DNA of 51,538 nucleotides from a virus (Duplodnaviria; Caudoviricetes): IMG/VR virus record IMGVR_UViG_3300048571_000060, positions 1 to 51,538 of that record. One strand, written 5' to 3'. Below the pieces are notes generated by a model that saw nothing but the letters and a program-made list of their open reading frames with translations, searched no databases and was not told the origin of the DNA. Of this stretch, positions 7,711 through 17,766 are shown piece after piece. The translations under genes were made by a program, and so were the position numbers. Each line of letters opens with the position of its first letter. Position 1 is the first letter of the stretch.

Positions 7711-9588
7711 ATGAAAACAAAATTGATTTTTTTAATGCTTTTAACGAGCTTTTTGTCCTTATCGCAGAATAAACCTGCGAGATTTGTGAATGGCGTTCAA
7801 ACTCCCGGCGTCGTTCCTTCAACTATTGGAACGGGAGTTGGAATCAATACAACTGACCCGCAAGGAATTCTTGATATTCAATCAACTGATTTAACGCTGT
7901 TAATTCCAAGAATGACAACCGTTCAAAAAGCGGCCATCACACTTAAAGAGGAGTCATCATTGATTTATGACTTAACCTTACATTCATTTCAGTATTGGGA
8001 CGGAACTGTTTGGACCAATTTAGGCGGCGGAGGCTCACAAAACCTCGAGCAAGTGTTAACAGAGGGAAACGAAAGCACGACAAAAGATGCTATATTCCGT
8101 TTAGACGCTGATAAATATTTAAAGATAAACCGAGCAGACCAAAGAATTGAGTTTTGGGATGAAAGTATTGATGAGTTTAGTTCTGTTTCATCTTGGAACA
8201 AATCAGAGTTTATTTTAAACGACGGGACTATATCAAACACCATTACTACAAGTGGAATTGCCGTTACTGAAACTGGCGGTAACTCTATTGAAGTTACAAA
8301 AGATGTAATAGGTATTGTAGATGATTTAGGAAATTTAGTTAATTTAACTCCCGGAATATTAGCAATATCTAACGGAATTGATGTTTTAGAAATATCTACC
8401 ACAAAAATAACCCTAAACGGAGTAAATTACCCATTCCCAACAGGAGCAACAAGTCCTTTAGCAACTTTAGCGGATATAACGGGCGGAGCAACAAATTTAG
8501 GCTACACGGCATCCCCAACAAACGGAATAGTTACAAGCGATACAGGCACGGATGCAACGATTCTATTAGCAGACGGCACAAATTCGGGGTTATTAAAACC
8601 AGCTAAATACACCGTTTTAGAAAATACAAGCGGGACGAATACAGGTGATAACGCTACCAATACACAATATAGCGGATTAGCATCAAGCAAACAAGATACT
8701 TTAGTAAGTGGGACGAATATTAAAACCATAGAAGGAAATTCTCTTTTAGGTAGTGGAAATATTGATTTGTCAAAATCGGATGTAGGACTTTTAAACGTTG
8801 ATAATACAAGCGATGCAAATAAGCCTGTTTCAACAGCAACACAGACAGCTTTAAATTTAAAGTCAAACATCGCAAGCCCAACTTTCACAGGAACAGTTAC
8901 AACACCCGCTATAATTATAAGTTCAGAAACGGCTTCGAGAATAGCCTCGTTTGACGCTTCAAAAAACGTTAAAAGTTTAGATACCGCTACTTATCCAAGT
9001 TTAACAGAATTGGCTTACGTAAAAGGCGTTACAAGTGGTATTCAAACGCAAATAACCACAAACGCCACTAATATAGACACAAAGCAAAGCAAGATATCAA
9101 CAATGGCTTTAACAAGCGCATACGCACTCACAAACACAACGTCTTTGCAAAAAGCGTTTAACGTAGGGATTAGCGGTAATGGAGCTTTTAACGCAACCTT
9201 GAACAAGTTGTATCGTTTTAAAGCACTTATAAATATGACGGGGTTACCCGCTTCAGCATCAACTATATCATTTGGATTTTTAGGAACGGCAACAATCACA
9301 ACTACTTATACGGCTTTAGGAGCTAAAGCAAGTACTTTAGCGGGTGGCAACAACCCTAACTTATATGTTATTCAAACCACAGCAAGTTCAGTTGTGGCTT
9401 CAAGTTCAGGTGCAGTGACGGGCAAACTTATGATTGACGGTATTATAAGATGCACGGGAGCGGGTACGGTTATCCCCTCGATTTCTGTTTCGGTAGCTGG
9501 TGCAAGTATGCAGGCTGAAATTGATAATTTTTGTGCGTTTGAAGAGTTAGGCTCCAACACGCTAACAGCAACCAGCGATATTGATTAA
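7711..9588 (+). CDS. Thr/Ser/Gly-rich fibre-like protein with an N-terminal signal-peptide-like segment
   Basis: MKTKLIFLMLLTSFLSLSQ leader, 'VGINTTDP..LDIQST...LLIPRMTT' domain, fibre motifs 'KQDTLVSGTNIKTI' and 'KSDVGLLNVDNTSDANKPVSTATQTALNLK'. Confidence 0.65.
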   Translation: MKTKLIFLMLLTSFLSLSQNKPARFVNGVQTPGVVPSTIGTGVGINTTDPQGILDIQSTDLTLLIPRMTTVQKAAITLKEESSLIYDLTLHSFQYWDGTVWTNLGGGGSQNLEQVLTEGNESTTKDAIFRLDADKYLKINRADQRIEFWDESIDEFSSVSSWNKSEFILNDGTISNTITTSGIAVTETGGNSIEVTKDVIGIVDDLGNLVNLTPGILAISNGIDVLEISTTKITLNGVNYPFPTGATSPLATLADITGGATNLGYTASPTNGIVTSDTGTDATILLADGTNSGLLKPAKYTVLENTSGTNTGDNATNTQYSGLASSKQDTLVSGTNIKTIEGNSLLGSGNIDLSKSDVGLLNVDNTSDANKPVSTATQTALNLKSNIASPTFTGTVTTPAIIISSETASRIASFDASKNVKSLDTATYPSLTELAYVKGVTSGIQTQITTNATNIDTKQSKISTMALTSAYALTNTTSLQKAFNVGISGNGAFNATLNKLYRFKALINMTGLPASASTISFGFLGTATITTTYTALGAKASTLAGGNNPNLYVIQTTASSVVASSSGAVTGKLMIDGIIRCTGAGTVIPSISVSVAGASMQAEIDNFCAFEELGSNTLTATSDID

Positions 9589-9627
9589 TAATTAAATCAG
9601 AATTTTTAACCTTTAATATTTATAAAA

Positions 9628-10002
9628 ATGGAAAACTTTTTTCAAACAAAATGGGGCTCAATGCTCAAGGCTTTTTTAGGAATGATTCTTGCTTACATGA
9701 TGGCCAACGGAGGGACTTTGGCTGCATTAGGCTTGTCAGCTTGGCTTGGCGCACTTGGAGTAGGTGTCGTAGCACTTTTAATCAAATGGTTGACAGGAGA
9801 AACAACCGGATTTTTCAACACCTGGTACGGTGGTCTTTTGAAAACTTTTATTCTTGTCAGTTTAGGTTACATTGTTGAACATCAAGGATTTGTTGGATTG
9901 AATATTGGCGCATTATTGAACGCTGGTATTGTTGCAGTGATTACAGTTATTGTCAATCAGTCTAATCCAGGTGATACAAGATACGGAACCGTCAGAGCAT
10001 AA
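9628..10002 (+). CDS. putative holin (about 4 TM segments, internally duplicated)
   Basis: Hydrophobic 124 aa; halves begin FFQTKWGSMLKAFL and FFNTWYGGLLKTFI; lies next to the endolysin. Confidence 0.55.
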   Translation: MENFFQTKWGSMLKAFLGMILAYMMANGGTLAALGLSAWLGALGVGVVALLIKWLTGETTGFFNTWYGGLLKTFILVSLGYIVEHQGFVGLNIGALLNAGIVAVITVIVNQSNPGDTRYGTVRA

Positions 10003-10008
10003 TTAATC

Positions 10009-10032
10009 AAACCGCCTTTCGGGGCGGTTTTT
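10009..10032 (+). terminator. intrinsic terminator
   Basis: AAACCGCCT-TTCG-GGGCGGTTTTT hairpin. Confidence 0.75.
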
Positions 10033-10050
10033 AAAAACCTACTAAAAAAA

Positions 10051-10425
10051 ATGGAAGACACTTTTGATAAAAAACCATTCACTGTTAGTTTAAGCCTTTT
10101 AATCACAATAATATCATCAACAATTATGTTGACTTTTGTGATTGTGTCTTTTTATTTTGAATCAAAAATCGAACAATCAGAAGAAGTAACAGCAACAAGG
10201 CAAGAAGTTAGTCAAGTAAAACAGCAAATTGAAATCGTCTCAACAACCTTAACAAACGTCGTCAACAATCAAAATGACATGAAAAGCAAATTCAACTATC
10301 GATTTAAAATTGACAGTACTCAAATTCAAGGTTTAGTTGAAGATGTTCACGAGTTAAAATATTACGCACAAAGAAATCAAGGCTCTTTAAACAGTCAAAA
10401 AGGATATTCATATAACGATAAATAA
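10051..10425 (+). CDS. single-TM coiled-coil protein (holin, antiholin or spanin-like)
   Basis: N-terminal TM segment followed by a coiled coil; directly upstream of the endolysin. Confidence 0.5.
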   Translation: MEDTFDKKPFTVSLSLLITIISSTIMLTFVIVSFYFESKIEQSEEVTATRQEVSQVKQQIEIVSTTLTNVVNNQNDMKSKFNYRFKIDSTQIQGLVEDVHELKYYAQRNQGSLNSQKGYSYNDK

Positions 10426-10433
10426 ATAAAATC

Positions 10434-11381
10434 ATGGAATTAAACCTAAAAAGATTACACAAAACGGCACACGAAACAATTGGTGAGCTATATGTTGACG
10501 GAGTTTTTGAATGTTACACGCTTGAGGACAAAGAACGTGAAGTTAAAATTAAGAGCGAAACAGCTATTCCAAAAGGAACCTACAAAGTTATAATCAACAT
10601 TTCAAACAGATTCAAAAAAACAATGCCACTATTAGTTGACGTACCAAATTTTGAAGGAATTAGAATTCATTCAGGAAACACCAATCATGATACTGAAGGG
10701 TGTATTTTGGTTGGTAAAACAAGGGGTGATGATTACATTGGTGGCTCTAGAGTTGCTTTTGCTAAATTAATGGAAAAATTGAAAAAAGCAAAAAGCATTT
10801 CAATCACAATATCATGTTTTTTACTGTTTATGTTTTGTTCGTGCGGAGCTCGTAAACGTGACCAAACTAAAGTTGTTGAGGATTTAAAAACATCTTCACA
10901 AACAACAATGGTTGACACTACGAAAACCAAAAAAGCAAAAACCAAAAATATCAAAAAAACTGTTACAACCAAAAAGAACGACAAAACCAAAACAACGATT
11001 AAAACAACGGTTCAAGAACCTATTGACGGTTCAAAGCCAGGTATAATTGAAAATCCTGATGGAACCAAAACTGTTTTAAATAATTCAAAGCAAACAACAA
11101 CAAAAACAGAGGTTTTAAACGATAAAAAAGAAACCAAAGCAAAAGACATCAAGCAAGACGAATCAGACGGAGAAATTGAAGATAAAGGCCTGTCAGGCTC
11201 GACTGCTGATAAAAGCGACGGCAACAAGTCAGCCGAAGAAAACCATGTTGATAGAAAAGGCGTTTCGTTTTCAACTATTTTGTGGTTAATTTTGATAATC
11301 ATACTGTTACTGATATGGATTTTTAGGAAAAATATTCCGTATGTGAAAAATCTTTTCATAGATAAGTCTTTGAATCAATAA
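10434..11381 (+). CDS. endolysin (DUF5675, L,D-transpeptidase-like) fused in frame to a lipoprotein with a C-terminal TM segment (u-spanin-like)
   Basis: 'TIGELYVDG..ECYTLED', 'TAIPKGTY', 'IRIHSGN...DTEGCILVG', then lipobox-like FCS-C at residue 137 and C-terminal TM 'TILWLILIIILLLIWIFRK'. Confidence 0.75.
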   Translation: MELNLKRLHKTAHETIGELYVDGVFECYTLEDKEREVKIKSETAIPKGTYKVIINISNRFKKTMPLLVDVPNFEGIRIHSGNTNHDTEGCILVGKTRGDDYIGGSRVAFAKLMEKLKKAKSISITISCFLLFMFCSCGARKRDQTKVVEDLKTSSQTTMVDTTKTKKAKTKNIKKTVTTKKNDKTKTTIKTTVQEPIDGSKPGIIENPDGTKTVLNNSKQTTTKTEVLNDKKETKAKDIKQDESDGEIEDKGLSGSTADKSDGNKSAEENHVDRKGVSFSTILWLILIIILLLIWIFRKNIPYVKNLFIDKSLNQ

Positions 11382-11400
11382 TTTTATATATATTTGTGAT

Positions 11401-12672
11401 ATGATAAATTTTGCACTTGCCAAAGAGATATATGGCTTAACGCCGTGGATGATGGACTTACAAAGTCTTCCAGCCATGTCGTCAATTCTACAGGATATCA
11501 AACGTGGCGTAAGATTTGAACAGGTTGAAGAAAAACTGAACAGCATTCAATTGTATGACTTCAAAAATGACGTTAAAATAATTGATAGAGAATATCATTT
11601 AAACAATAATTTGGATTTTGAAGCGATTGCAATCGTTAATTTGAACGGACCAATTACTTTGAGCGGCGGAATGTCAACTGAAGGAATGGAGCAAATTTCA
11701 TCCAAAATGTTACGAATGAATCAAGATGATAGAGTTAAAGCGTTTTTGTTTCTTGGAAACAGTGGCGGTGGCTCAAGTTCGGCTGTTGAAGTAATGTCTG
11801 ACACTATAAATGAAGTCAAAAAAACGAAGCCAGTTTATATGTTAGTGACCAAGGGCGGAATGTTAGGTTCAGCCGCATATGGTATTGGCTCAGCAACTGA
11901 TAAGATTTACAGTGAGTCAGGAATGAATATTGTAGGTTCAATTGGAACAATGATTCAATTTGAAGGCAAGGAAGCAAACAGCACTGACAAGGACGGAACT
12001 AAAAATATCAGATTATATGCAACCAAATCAGTTTTGAAAAACAAAGGATTTGAGGAAGCTTTAAATAATGATAACTATACGGTTTTAATTGATGAACTTT
12101 TAGACCCAATAAACGAAAATTTTATTGAAATGATTTCAACAAACAGACCAGCAATCACATCAACAACGTTTGATGATGGCGCTGTTCACTTTTCAAAAGA
12201 TGTAGTTGGTTCATTTGTTGATGGCATTGCTTCATTTTCAGAAGTAGTTGAATTCATTAAAGCTGACACAAAATTTTCAAACAACAATAAGGAGGAATTT
12301 CGAACAAGTACTAATAATAAAAATAATGTAAAGATGACAAAAGCAGAATTCAAAACTGCCAATCCAACTGCTTACGCTGAAATCGTCGCAGAAGGAATCG
12401 CCCAAGAAAAAGACAGAGTTGGTGCGTGGATGGCTCATGCTGATACAGACATTGCGTCCGTTAAAGCGGGTGTTGAAGGCACCGAAACACTTTCACAAAC
12501 ACAAAGAGAAAAATTCTTTGTAAAACAGAACTCCAAAAACAAGGTTTCGGCTATTGTTGAGGAATCAGCTGATGACGTCAATCCTGACGAATCATTAACT
12601 GATGTGAAAAAAATTGCTAACCAGAAAAAGGACGCTGAAATAAAATCAGCATTTGGATTCGAATTAACTTAA
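11401..12672 (+). CDS. prohead protease (S49/SppA family, lambda gpC-like) with a C-terminal scaffold region
   Basis: 'NSGGG', 'SAAYGIGS', 'VGSIGT'; low-complexity linker followed by MTKAEFKTANP, a likely nested scaffold start. Confidence 0.88.
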   Translation: MINFALAKEIYGLTPWMMDLQSLPAMSSILQDIKRGVRFEQVEEKLNSIQLYDFKNDVKIIDREYHLNNNLDFEAIAIVNLNGPITLSGGMSTEGMEQISSKMLRMNQDDRVKAFLFLGNSGGGSSSAVEVMSDTINEVKKTKPVYMLVTKGGMLGSAAYGIGSATDKIYSESGMNIVGSIGTMIQFEGKEANSTDKDGTKNIRLYATKSVLKNKGFEEALNNDNYTVLIDELLDPINENFIEMISTNRPAITSTTFDDGAVHFSKDVVGSFVDGIASFSEVVEFIKADTKFSNNNKEEFRTSTNNKNNVKMTKAEFKTANPTAYAEIVAEGIAQEKDRVGAWMAHADTDIASVKAGVEGTETLSQTQREKFFVKQNSKNKVSAIVEESADDVNPDESLTDVKKIANQKKDAEIKSAFGFELT

Positions 12673-12677
12673 TCGCA

Positions 12678-13121
12678 ATGGCAAGAGTAATTAGAACAAC
12701 ACAGAGAAACGCTACTAGAAATCAATCTACTGTAGACTTTCAAAGAGAAAATCTGTTCCTGTTTGGTAACAGATATTCAGAAGCGGTTTTTAACAACAAC
12801 ACAGGTGATAACTTGAATGTAGAGTCAGGAATCCTTGTTATTAGAAACACGGCGGCGGCGGCGCAAATTTTGCCAACAACCAATTTAACTTTAGCGAGTA
12901 TCATTGGTATATTAAAATATGACGGTGAAAGCGTGTTGGAAGACGCAGATACTACCAATGTAAATTATTGCACGAGTGGTGATATTGACGCTGGTCTTAT
13001 TGTTTTTCCTGCTGGAGTGACTTTAAACACAGTCGTTGGCACCAAGATTTTAAAAGATGTATTAACTGACCTTGGATTCGTTTTGTTTAACGTTGAAGAA
13101 GGTTCAAATTTCGATAACTAA
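12678..13121 (+). CDS. head decoration protein (lambda gpD-like)
   Basis: Size and position between protease and capsid; 'IIGIL' core. Confidence 0.65.
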   Translation: MARVIRTTQRNATRNQSTVDFQRENLFLFGNRYSEAVFNNNTGDNLNVESGILVIRNTAAAAQILPTTNLTLASIIGILKYDGESVLEDADTTNVNYCTSGDIDAGLIVFPAGVTLNTVVGTKILKDVLTDLGFVLFNVEEGSNFDN

Positions 13122-13123
13122 TT

Positions 13124-14206
13124 ATGATATCAATTCAAGAACATAGTGCTACCATAGCCAAGAAAGTTGTTGGTAAATTTATTGAGGATATTCCGGTAAG
13201 AGCTGGATTTGCCGCATTGTTTCCAACAGTAACAACACCAACTCTATATGTAGATGTTGAAGTTGAAAGAGACAGTGACCTAATTTCAGTTGACGTACAG
13301 CGTTTCACTGAAGGAAACAAAAACAAATACACTAAATCAAGCGAACATACATACGTTCCGCCTTTTCACAAAGAGGACTATGACTTTGCACGTGATGAAG
13401 TTTATTTGAATACAGTTGCTTTAGGTGTTACAGATGCGGCAGGAGCCAACCAGGCTATTGCTCAAAACGCATTGAAAAACATCAGAAAAAACCGTAAGAA
13501 AATTGAACGTGCAATCCGTAAACAACAGGCTGACGTTTTACAAACAGGAATCGTGACGTTGAAAAACGGCGATAGTATTGATTACAGACGTAGAGCTGAA
13601 TCAATTGTTGATATTGATGTTGCTGGTATTTATTGGAATGTAGCTAACTCAAATCCAATGACGGATTTGGCCGCGGCTATGACGTTCTTACGTGACACCG
13701 GAAACTCAAACTCTGCCACTATCAATGTGGTAATGAGAACTGACGCCATGACTGCTTTCTTGGCCAACGCCAAGGTTAGAGAATTAGCTGAGGTTCGTAG
13801 AATCAACAGAATTGAAATCGATATGCCACAATTTAGTGAAGCTACCGGAATGGCATTCCATGGTCAAGTTAGTGCTGGTGACTGGGTTGTAAATCTTTGG
13901 ACTTATAATGAGAAGTACACTGATAAAACAGGCGCCGTCAAATATTACTTGACACGTGAAAACGTGATTGTATTGCCAGGTGATTTTGAAGGTAAAACAG
14001 TATTTGGTGGTCTTCCGTATATGCGTGAAACCAACATCGGAGGCGCGACAGTTAAAGTGCCAGGAGTTATGGAAGCTGATTTCCTTTTACGTGCTTACGA
14101 CGACGAGAAAACGATTTCAAGCACATTGGAATTGACTTCAGCTCCGTTGGTAGTTCCTTTCACGATAGATAAAATCTATACAATGAAAGTTTTAGCAACT
14201 GTATAA
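13124..14206 (+). CDS. major capsid protein (lambda gpE family)
   Basis: 360 aa; 'LQTGIVTL', 'NPMTDL', C-terminal 'SAPLVVP'. Confidence 0.88.
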   Translation: MISIQEHSATIAKKVVGKFIEDIPVRAGFAALFPTVTTPTLYVDVEVERDSDLISVDVQRFTEGNKNKYTKSSEHTYVPPFHKEDYDFARDEVYLNTVALGVTDAAGANQAIAQNALKNIRKNRKKIERAIRKQQADVLQTGIVTLKNGDSIDYRRRAESIVDIDVAGIYWNVANSNPMTDLAAAMTFLRDTGNSNSATINVVMRTDAMTAFLANAKVRELAEVRRINRIEIDMPQFSEATGMAFHGQVSAGDWVVNLWTYNEKYTDKTGAVKYYLTRENVIVLPGDFEGKTVFGGLPYMRETNIGGATVKVPGVMEADFLLRAYDDEKTISSTLELTSAPLVVPFTIDKIYTMKVLATV

Positions 14207-14220
14207 AACAAGTTTAATCA

Positions 14221-14241
14221 AAGGCGGTGAAAGCCGCCTTT
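14221..14241 (+). terminator. hairpin / probable terminator after the capsid gene
   Basis: AAGGCGGT-GAAA-GCCGCCTTT. Confidence 0.6.
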
Positions 14242-14256
14242 AAATACCTAAAAACC

Positions 14257-14718
14257 ATGTCAAAGTTAAGAAAATTTAAAGTTTTAGTGATTCAACATTT
14301 GTTGAAAAACAACAAAACAGCAAAAAGTGGCGACATCATCGATGAAACCAAATTTATCAATCTTGAAGATTCATTAAAAGGCAACTATGTTGTTGAAGTT
14401 TTTGAAGATAATAGTGAAAAAGCTGATAAGTCAAAAGACAAGTCAAAATCGAAAGATAAAGACAAAACAAAGGACAAGTCAAAGGACAAGAAAGCTGACA
14501 AAGGCGATAAGAAAAACACTGATTCTGACGCTAATGTTGACGATGCCGGCGACAATACTGCTACAGAGCTTGAAAATGAGTTGAAAAAAGTAAAAAGAAT
14601 GAATAAAGAAACGTTGATTGGATATGCAACAGAGAACAAATTAAGTTTTGACCCTGAAGCCAACAAACAAGTAATTCTTGATTCAATCGTTGAACAGCTA
14701 ACAACAGCTAAATCTTAA
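14257..14718 (+). CDS. Lys/Asp-rich protein with a C-terminal HeH/Rho-N-like helical motif (gpFI position)
   Basis: ATG at 14257, after the hairpin; KDKSKDK tract; 'MNKETLIGYATENKL...NKQVIL'. Confidence 0.6.
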   Translation: MSKLRKFKVLVIQHLLKNNKTAKSGDIIDETKFINLEDSLKGNYVVEVFEDNSEKADKSKDKSKSKDKDKTKDKSKDKKADKGDKKNTDSDANVDDAGDNTATELENELKKVKRMNKETLIGYATENKLSFDPEANKQVILDSIVEQLTTAKS

Positions 14719-14731
14719 AAAATGAACTATT

Positions 14732-15136
14732 ATGGGTGGAAATTTGCTTGATAGAGCAAGAAGAGATTCAAAGAAGTACATAACTAAAGGCGGTTTCCAA
14801 GATGACATTATTTTGGAAACCGTTGATGGTTTAACCACTATTGAAACCACAGGCTTTGTTTCAAAGCATTGGATTAATTTTGGTTCAGATGGATTGCCGA
14901 TGAATTCAAAAAATGCACACATCACACTTGATGAAAGTGCTTTAATACTATTAAACTACCCTGTCAGAAATAATGATAACGAAGTTCATTTACAAAACCA
15001 TAGAGTTCGCACAAAGGACAGTACTGGTCAATTGAAAACTTATGTTATAAAAGAATGGTATCCTGATGAAACATTGGGCTTGATTGCCTGCATTTTGGGA
15101 GATTTTGAAGAAACAATAATAGAAGAAGAGCCATGA
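14732..15136 (+). CDS. putative head-closure / head-tail connector protein
   Basis: Position and size; beta-rich sequence. Confidence 0.55.
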   Translation: MGGNLLDRARRDSKKYITKGGFQDDIILETVDGLTTIETTGFVSKHWINFGSDGLPMNSKNAHITLDESALILLNYPVRNNDNEVHLQNHRVRTKDSTGQLKTYVIKEWYPDETLGLIACILGDFEETIIEEEP

Positions 15137-15735
15137 GTTTGATACCAGGAATTATACCGCCACAAGGATTTGAAGTCGTCAGAGATGCGATTGGCGCCAT
15201 TTTGAAAACAGAATTGGAAGCTCAAAAAGTTAGACAAACGTTGACTGAAAACATAGCAGTATTCAACGCACGAAGCACACCATTTCAACATTCTGAAAAG
15301 CTGATGATTAATGTGCTTTGTGATTCAGCTGATTATGGCAGTATTAATGAAAAGTCAGCCAGCGGAATGACTAATTTTTTTATTGACATATATGTTTCAG
15401 CAAAAGAAAAAGAATCAGTTGATGGCGGCTATGCCGCAACCGTTTTAAAAGATAAGTATCTAGGTATGATAAGGTTTATACTGCAAGACCATCACTATAT
15501 GATTTTAGGCTTACCTGTTGGTTCTATTTTGGGAACTTATGTTACAGGATGGGAAAATTTTGAACCAAATAATACGCAAGACACATCGTTTGTAAAGATG
15601 GCAAGACTCACTTTTTCAGTAAGAATTTGTGAAGACCAAACTTTATGGGCTGGTATTGAAATAAATACTATATTTACAAAAGTAAAATTAGACCTAACAG
15701 ACTTAGGCTATCAATATGAATTAACAACAAATTAA
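15133..15735 (+). CDS. putative tail terminator / neck protein
   Basis: Immediately upstream of the sheath gene. Confidence 0.5.
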   Translation: MSLIPGIIPPQGFEVVRDAIGAILKTELEAQKVRQTLTENIAVFNARSTPFQHSEKLMINVLCDSADYGSINEKSASGMTNFFIDIYVSAKEKESVDGGYAATVLKDKYLGMIRFILQDHHYMILGLPVGSILGTYVTGWENFEPNNTQDTSFVKMARLTFSVRICEDQTLWAGIEINTIFTKVKLDLTDLGYQYELTTN

Positions 15736-15747
15736 AAAAAGAAAATT

Positions 15748-17274
15748 ATGACTGCAATCTCAACAGCCATTGGTTTAGAACGGAAATCAAGAGTTTCCGG
15801 CTATAAAATCAAGAAAGGCTTTTTCGACAATGCAACTCCAAACCTTAGACAAGTTATTGCGATTTTTGGAGAAGCGAACACGGCTAATCAGGCGACGCTT
15901 GATTTAGACAAATATGAAGCCACATCAGAACAAGAAGTGGCTGAAAGATATGGTTACGGTTCTCCGCTTCATCAAATGATGAGGATTTTAAGACCTAGAA
16001 CCAGTGACGGTATTGGTGGAATTCCAACTATTATTTTTCCTCAGGCAGTTGAGGTTGGCGCTACTGCTACGACACACACTTGGACGGTAACAGGAAACGC
16101 AACGAAAAACGCGACTCATACCGTAGTGATTGCCGGAAGAAGAAGTCTTGATTTTCAAAATTATTCGTATAACGTTGTTATTGGCGATACAGCTATTGAA
16201 ATTGCCACAAAAATGGCTGACGCTGTTAATGGTGTTTTATCAAGCCCTGTTACTGCTGACGCAGACGACGAAGCTGTTGATTTAGTAACAAAATGGAAAG
16301 GATTGACATCAGCCAATTTGGTAACAAGAATTGATAATGGCGGAGTTGATGCTGGAATCACATACGTTCAATCAGCAACTGTTGATGGTGCTGGAACTGT
16401 TGATTTATCAGGTGCTTTGGCTCAATTTGGTGACGATTGGAATACTATTGTTATAAATCCTTATGGTGACAACGAAACTATTTTAGCCACTCTTGAAGCG
16501 TTTAACGGATTTCCGTTCGATGAAAATCCAACAGGACGATATGAAGGAAGAATTTTCAAACCGTTTGTTGCTTTGTTTGGTAGCACATTGGATGATAAAG
16601 ATGATTTAGCTGCTATCACAGACGACGAAGCAAGAATCAATGAAGTAACCAATGTATTATGTTCAGCACCAAAATCTGAAGGTTTTCCGGCAGAAGCGGC
16701 GGCCAATGTTGCTTACTTGTTGGCGAGAACAGCACAAGACACGCCTGAGTTAGATGTTTGTGGTAAATCTTACCCAGATATGCCTATTCCTGATGATAGA
16801 CTAATTGGTGACATGGCCAACTACAATAACAGAGACTTACTTGTTAAGAAAGGATGTTCAACAGTTTCGCTTGAAAATGGTAGATATTTAATTCAAGATT
16901 TGGTAACCACTTATCATCCTGAAGGCGAGATGCCATTGCAATATGCTTATCCAAGAAACTTGATGATTGATTGGAACATCAAAGATGGCTATATCATTCT
17001 TGAAAAACAGAATGTCAGAGACCACGTTTTAGTTGCTGACGGACAAGTTACTGATGTAGCCAAAAGCGTTAAGCCAAAACAATGGAAAGCAGTTTTATAT
17101 GATTATTTTGAAGACTTGGGCGTTAGAGCTTTAATCAAAGATCCAGACTTTTCAAAAGGAAGTTTGACCGTTCAAGTAAGTCAAGATAATCCAGACAGAT
17201 TTGAAACGTTTTTCAGATACAGAAGAACAGGAGTTGCGAGAATTCAATCAACAGACGCTGAAGCTGGTTTTTAA
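15748..17274 (+). CDS. contractile tail sheath protein (Mu gpL-like)
   Basis: 'YGYGSPLHQM', 'LVTKWKG', 'DLVTTYH', 'NPDR'; 508 aa. Confidence 0.85.
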   Translation: MTAISTAIGLERKSRVSGYKIKKGFFDNATPNLRQVIAIFGEANTANQATLDLDKYEATSEQEVAERYGYGSPLHQMMRILRPRTSDGIGGIPTIIFPQAVEVGATATTHTWTVTGNATKNATHTVVIAGRRSLDFQNYSYNVVIGDTAIEIATKMADAVNGVLSSPVTADADDEAVDLVTKWKGLTSANLVTRIDNGGVDAGITYVQSATVDGAGTVDLSGALAQFGDDWNTIVINPYGDNETILATLEAFNGFPFDENPTGRYEGRIFKPFVALFGSTLDDKDDLAAITDDEARINEVTNVLCSAPKSEGFPAEAAANVAYLLARTAQDTPELDVCGKSYPDMPIPDDRLIGDMANYNNRDLLVKKGCSTVSLENGRYLIQDLVTTYHPEGEMPLQYAYPRNLMIDWNIKDGYIILEKQNVRDHVLVADGQVTDVAKSVKPKQWKAVLYDYFEDLGVRALIKDPDFSKGSLTVQVSQDNPDRFETFFRYRRTGVARIQSTDAEAGF

Positions 17275-17301
17275 TTATTAACTTTGTAAAAAATAAACAT
17301 T

Positions 17302-17712
17302 ATGGCAAAATATTCAGGTGGTGATTTGATTGAAATAACTTGCAATCACCCAACTTTAGGAAGTTTCAAATTCGCAACTAAATCAAATGAAAGTTATACG
17401 CTTGACCCAGGCGGGAATCGTTCAAACGACGACGCGAATGGTGTTACAGGTGATGGAACTTTTATTGACCAAGTAAATAGAGTTCGTTGGGGATTTGAAG
17501 GTCCTTTAATGGCTGACTTTACTTCAGGAAATGAAATGGACAATCTTCCAAAATTGGCCGCGAGTGCTGAATTGGGAACTTGGACATTCACACATATCAC
17601 AGGCGTGGTTTGGAGAGGTCGAGGAAAGTTTGTTGGAGATATCCAAATTGACACAAACACGGCACAACTAACAGCGAAGTTGGCAGGTGGCGGAATTCTT
17701 GAAAAATTATAG
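17302..17712 (+). CDS. tail tube protein
   Basis: 136-aa beta-rich ORF directly after the sheath. Confidence 0.75.
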   Translation: MAKYSGGDLIEITCNHPTLGSFKFATKSNESYTLDPGGNRSNDDANGVTGDGTFIDQVNRVRWGFEGPLMADFTSGNEMDNLPKLAASAELGTWTFTHITGVVWRGRGKFVGDIQIDTNTAQLTAKLAGGGILEKL

Positions 17713-17721
17713 TATTTAATC

Positions 17722-17743
17722 AGCGGGACTTCGGTCCCGCTTT
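17722..17743 (+). terminator. intrinsic terminator with a UUCG tetraloop
   Basis: AGCGGGAC-TTCG-GTCCCGCT-TT. Confidence 0.75.
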
Positions 17744-17766
17744 AACATTTTAAAATTAGAGCAGAA

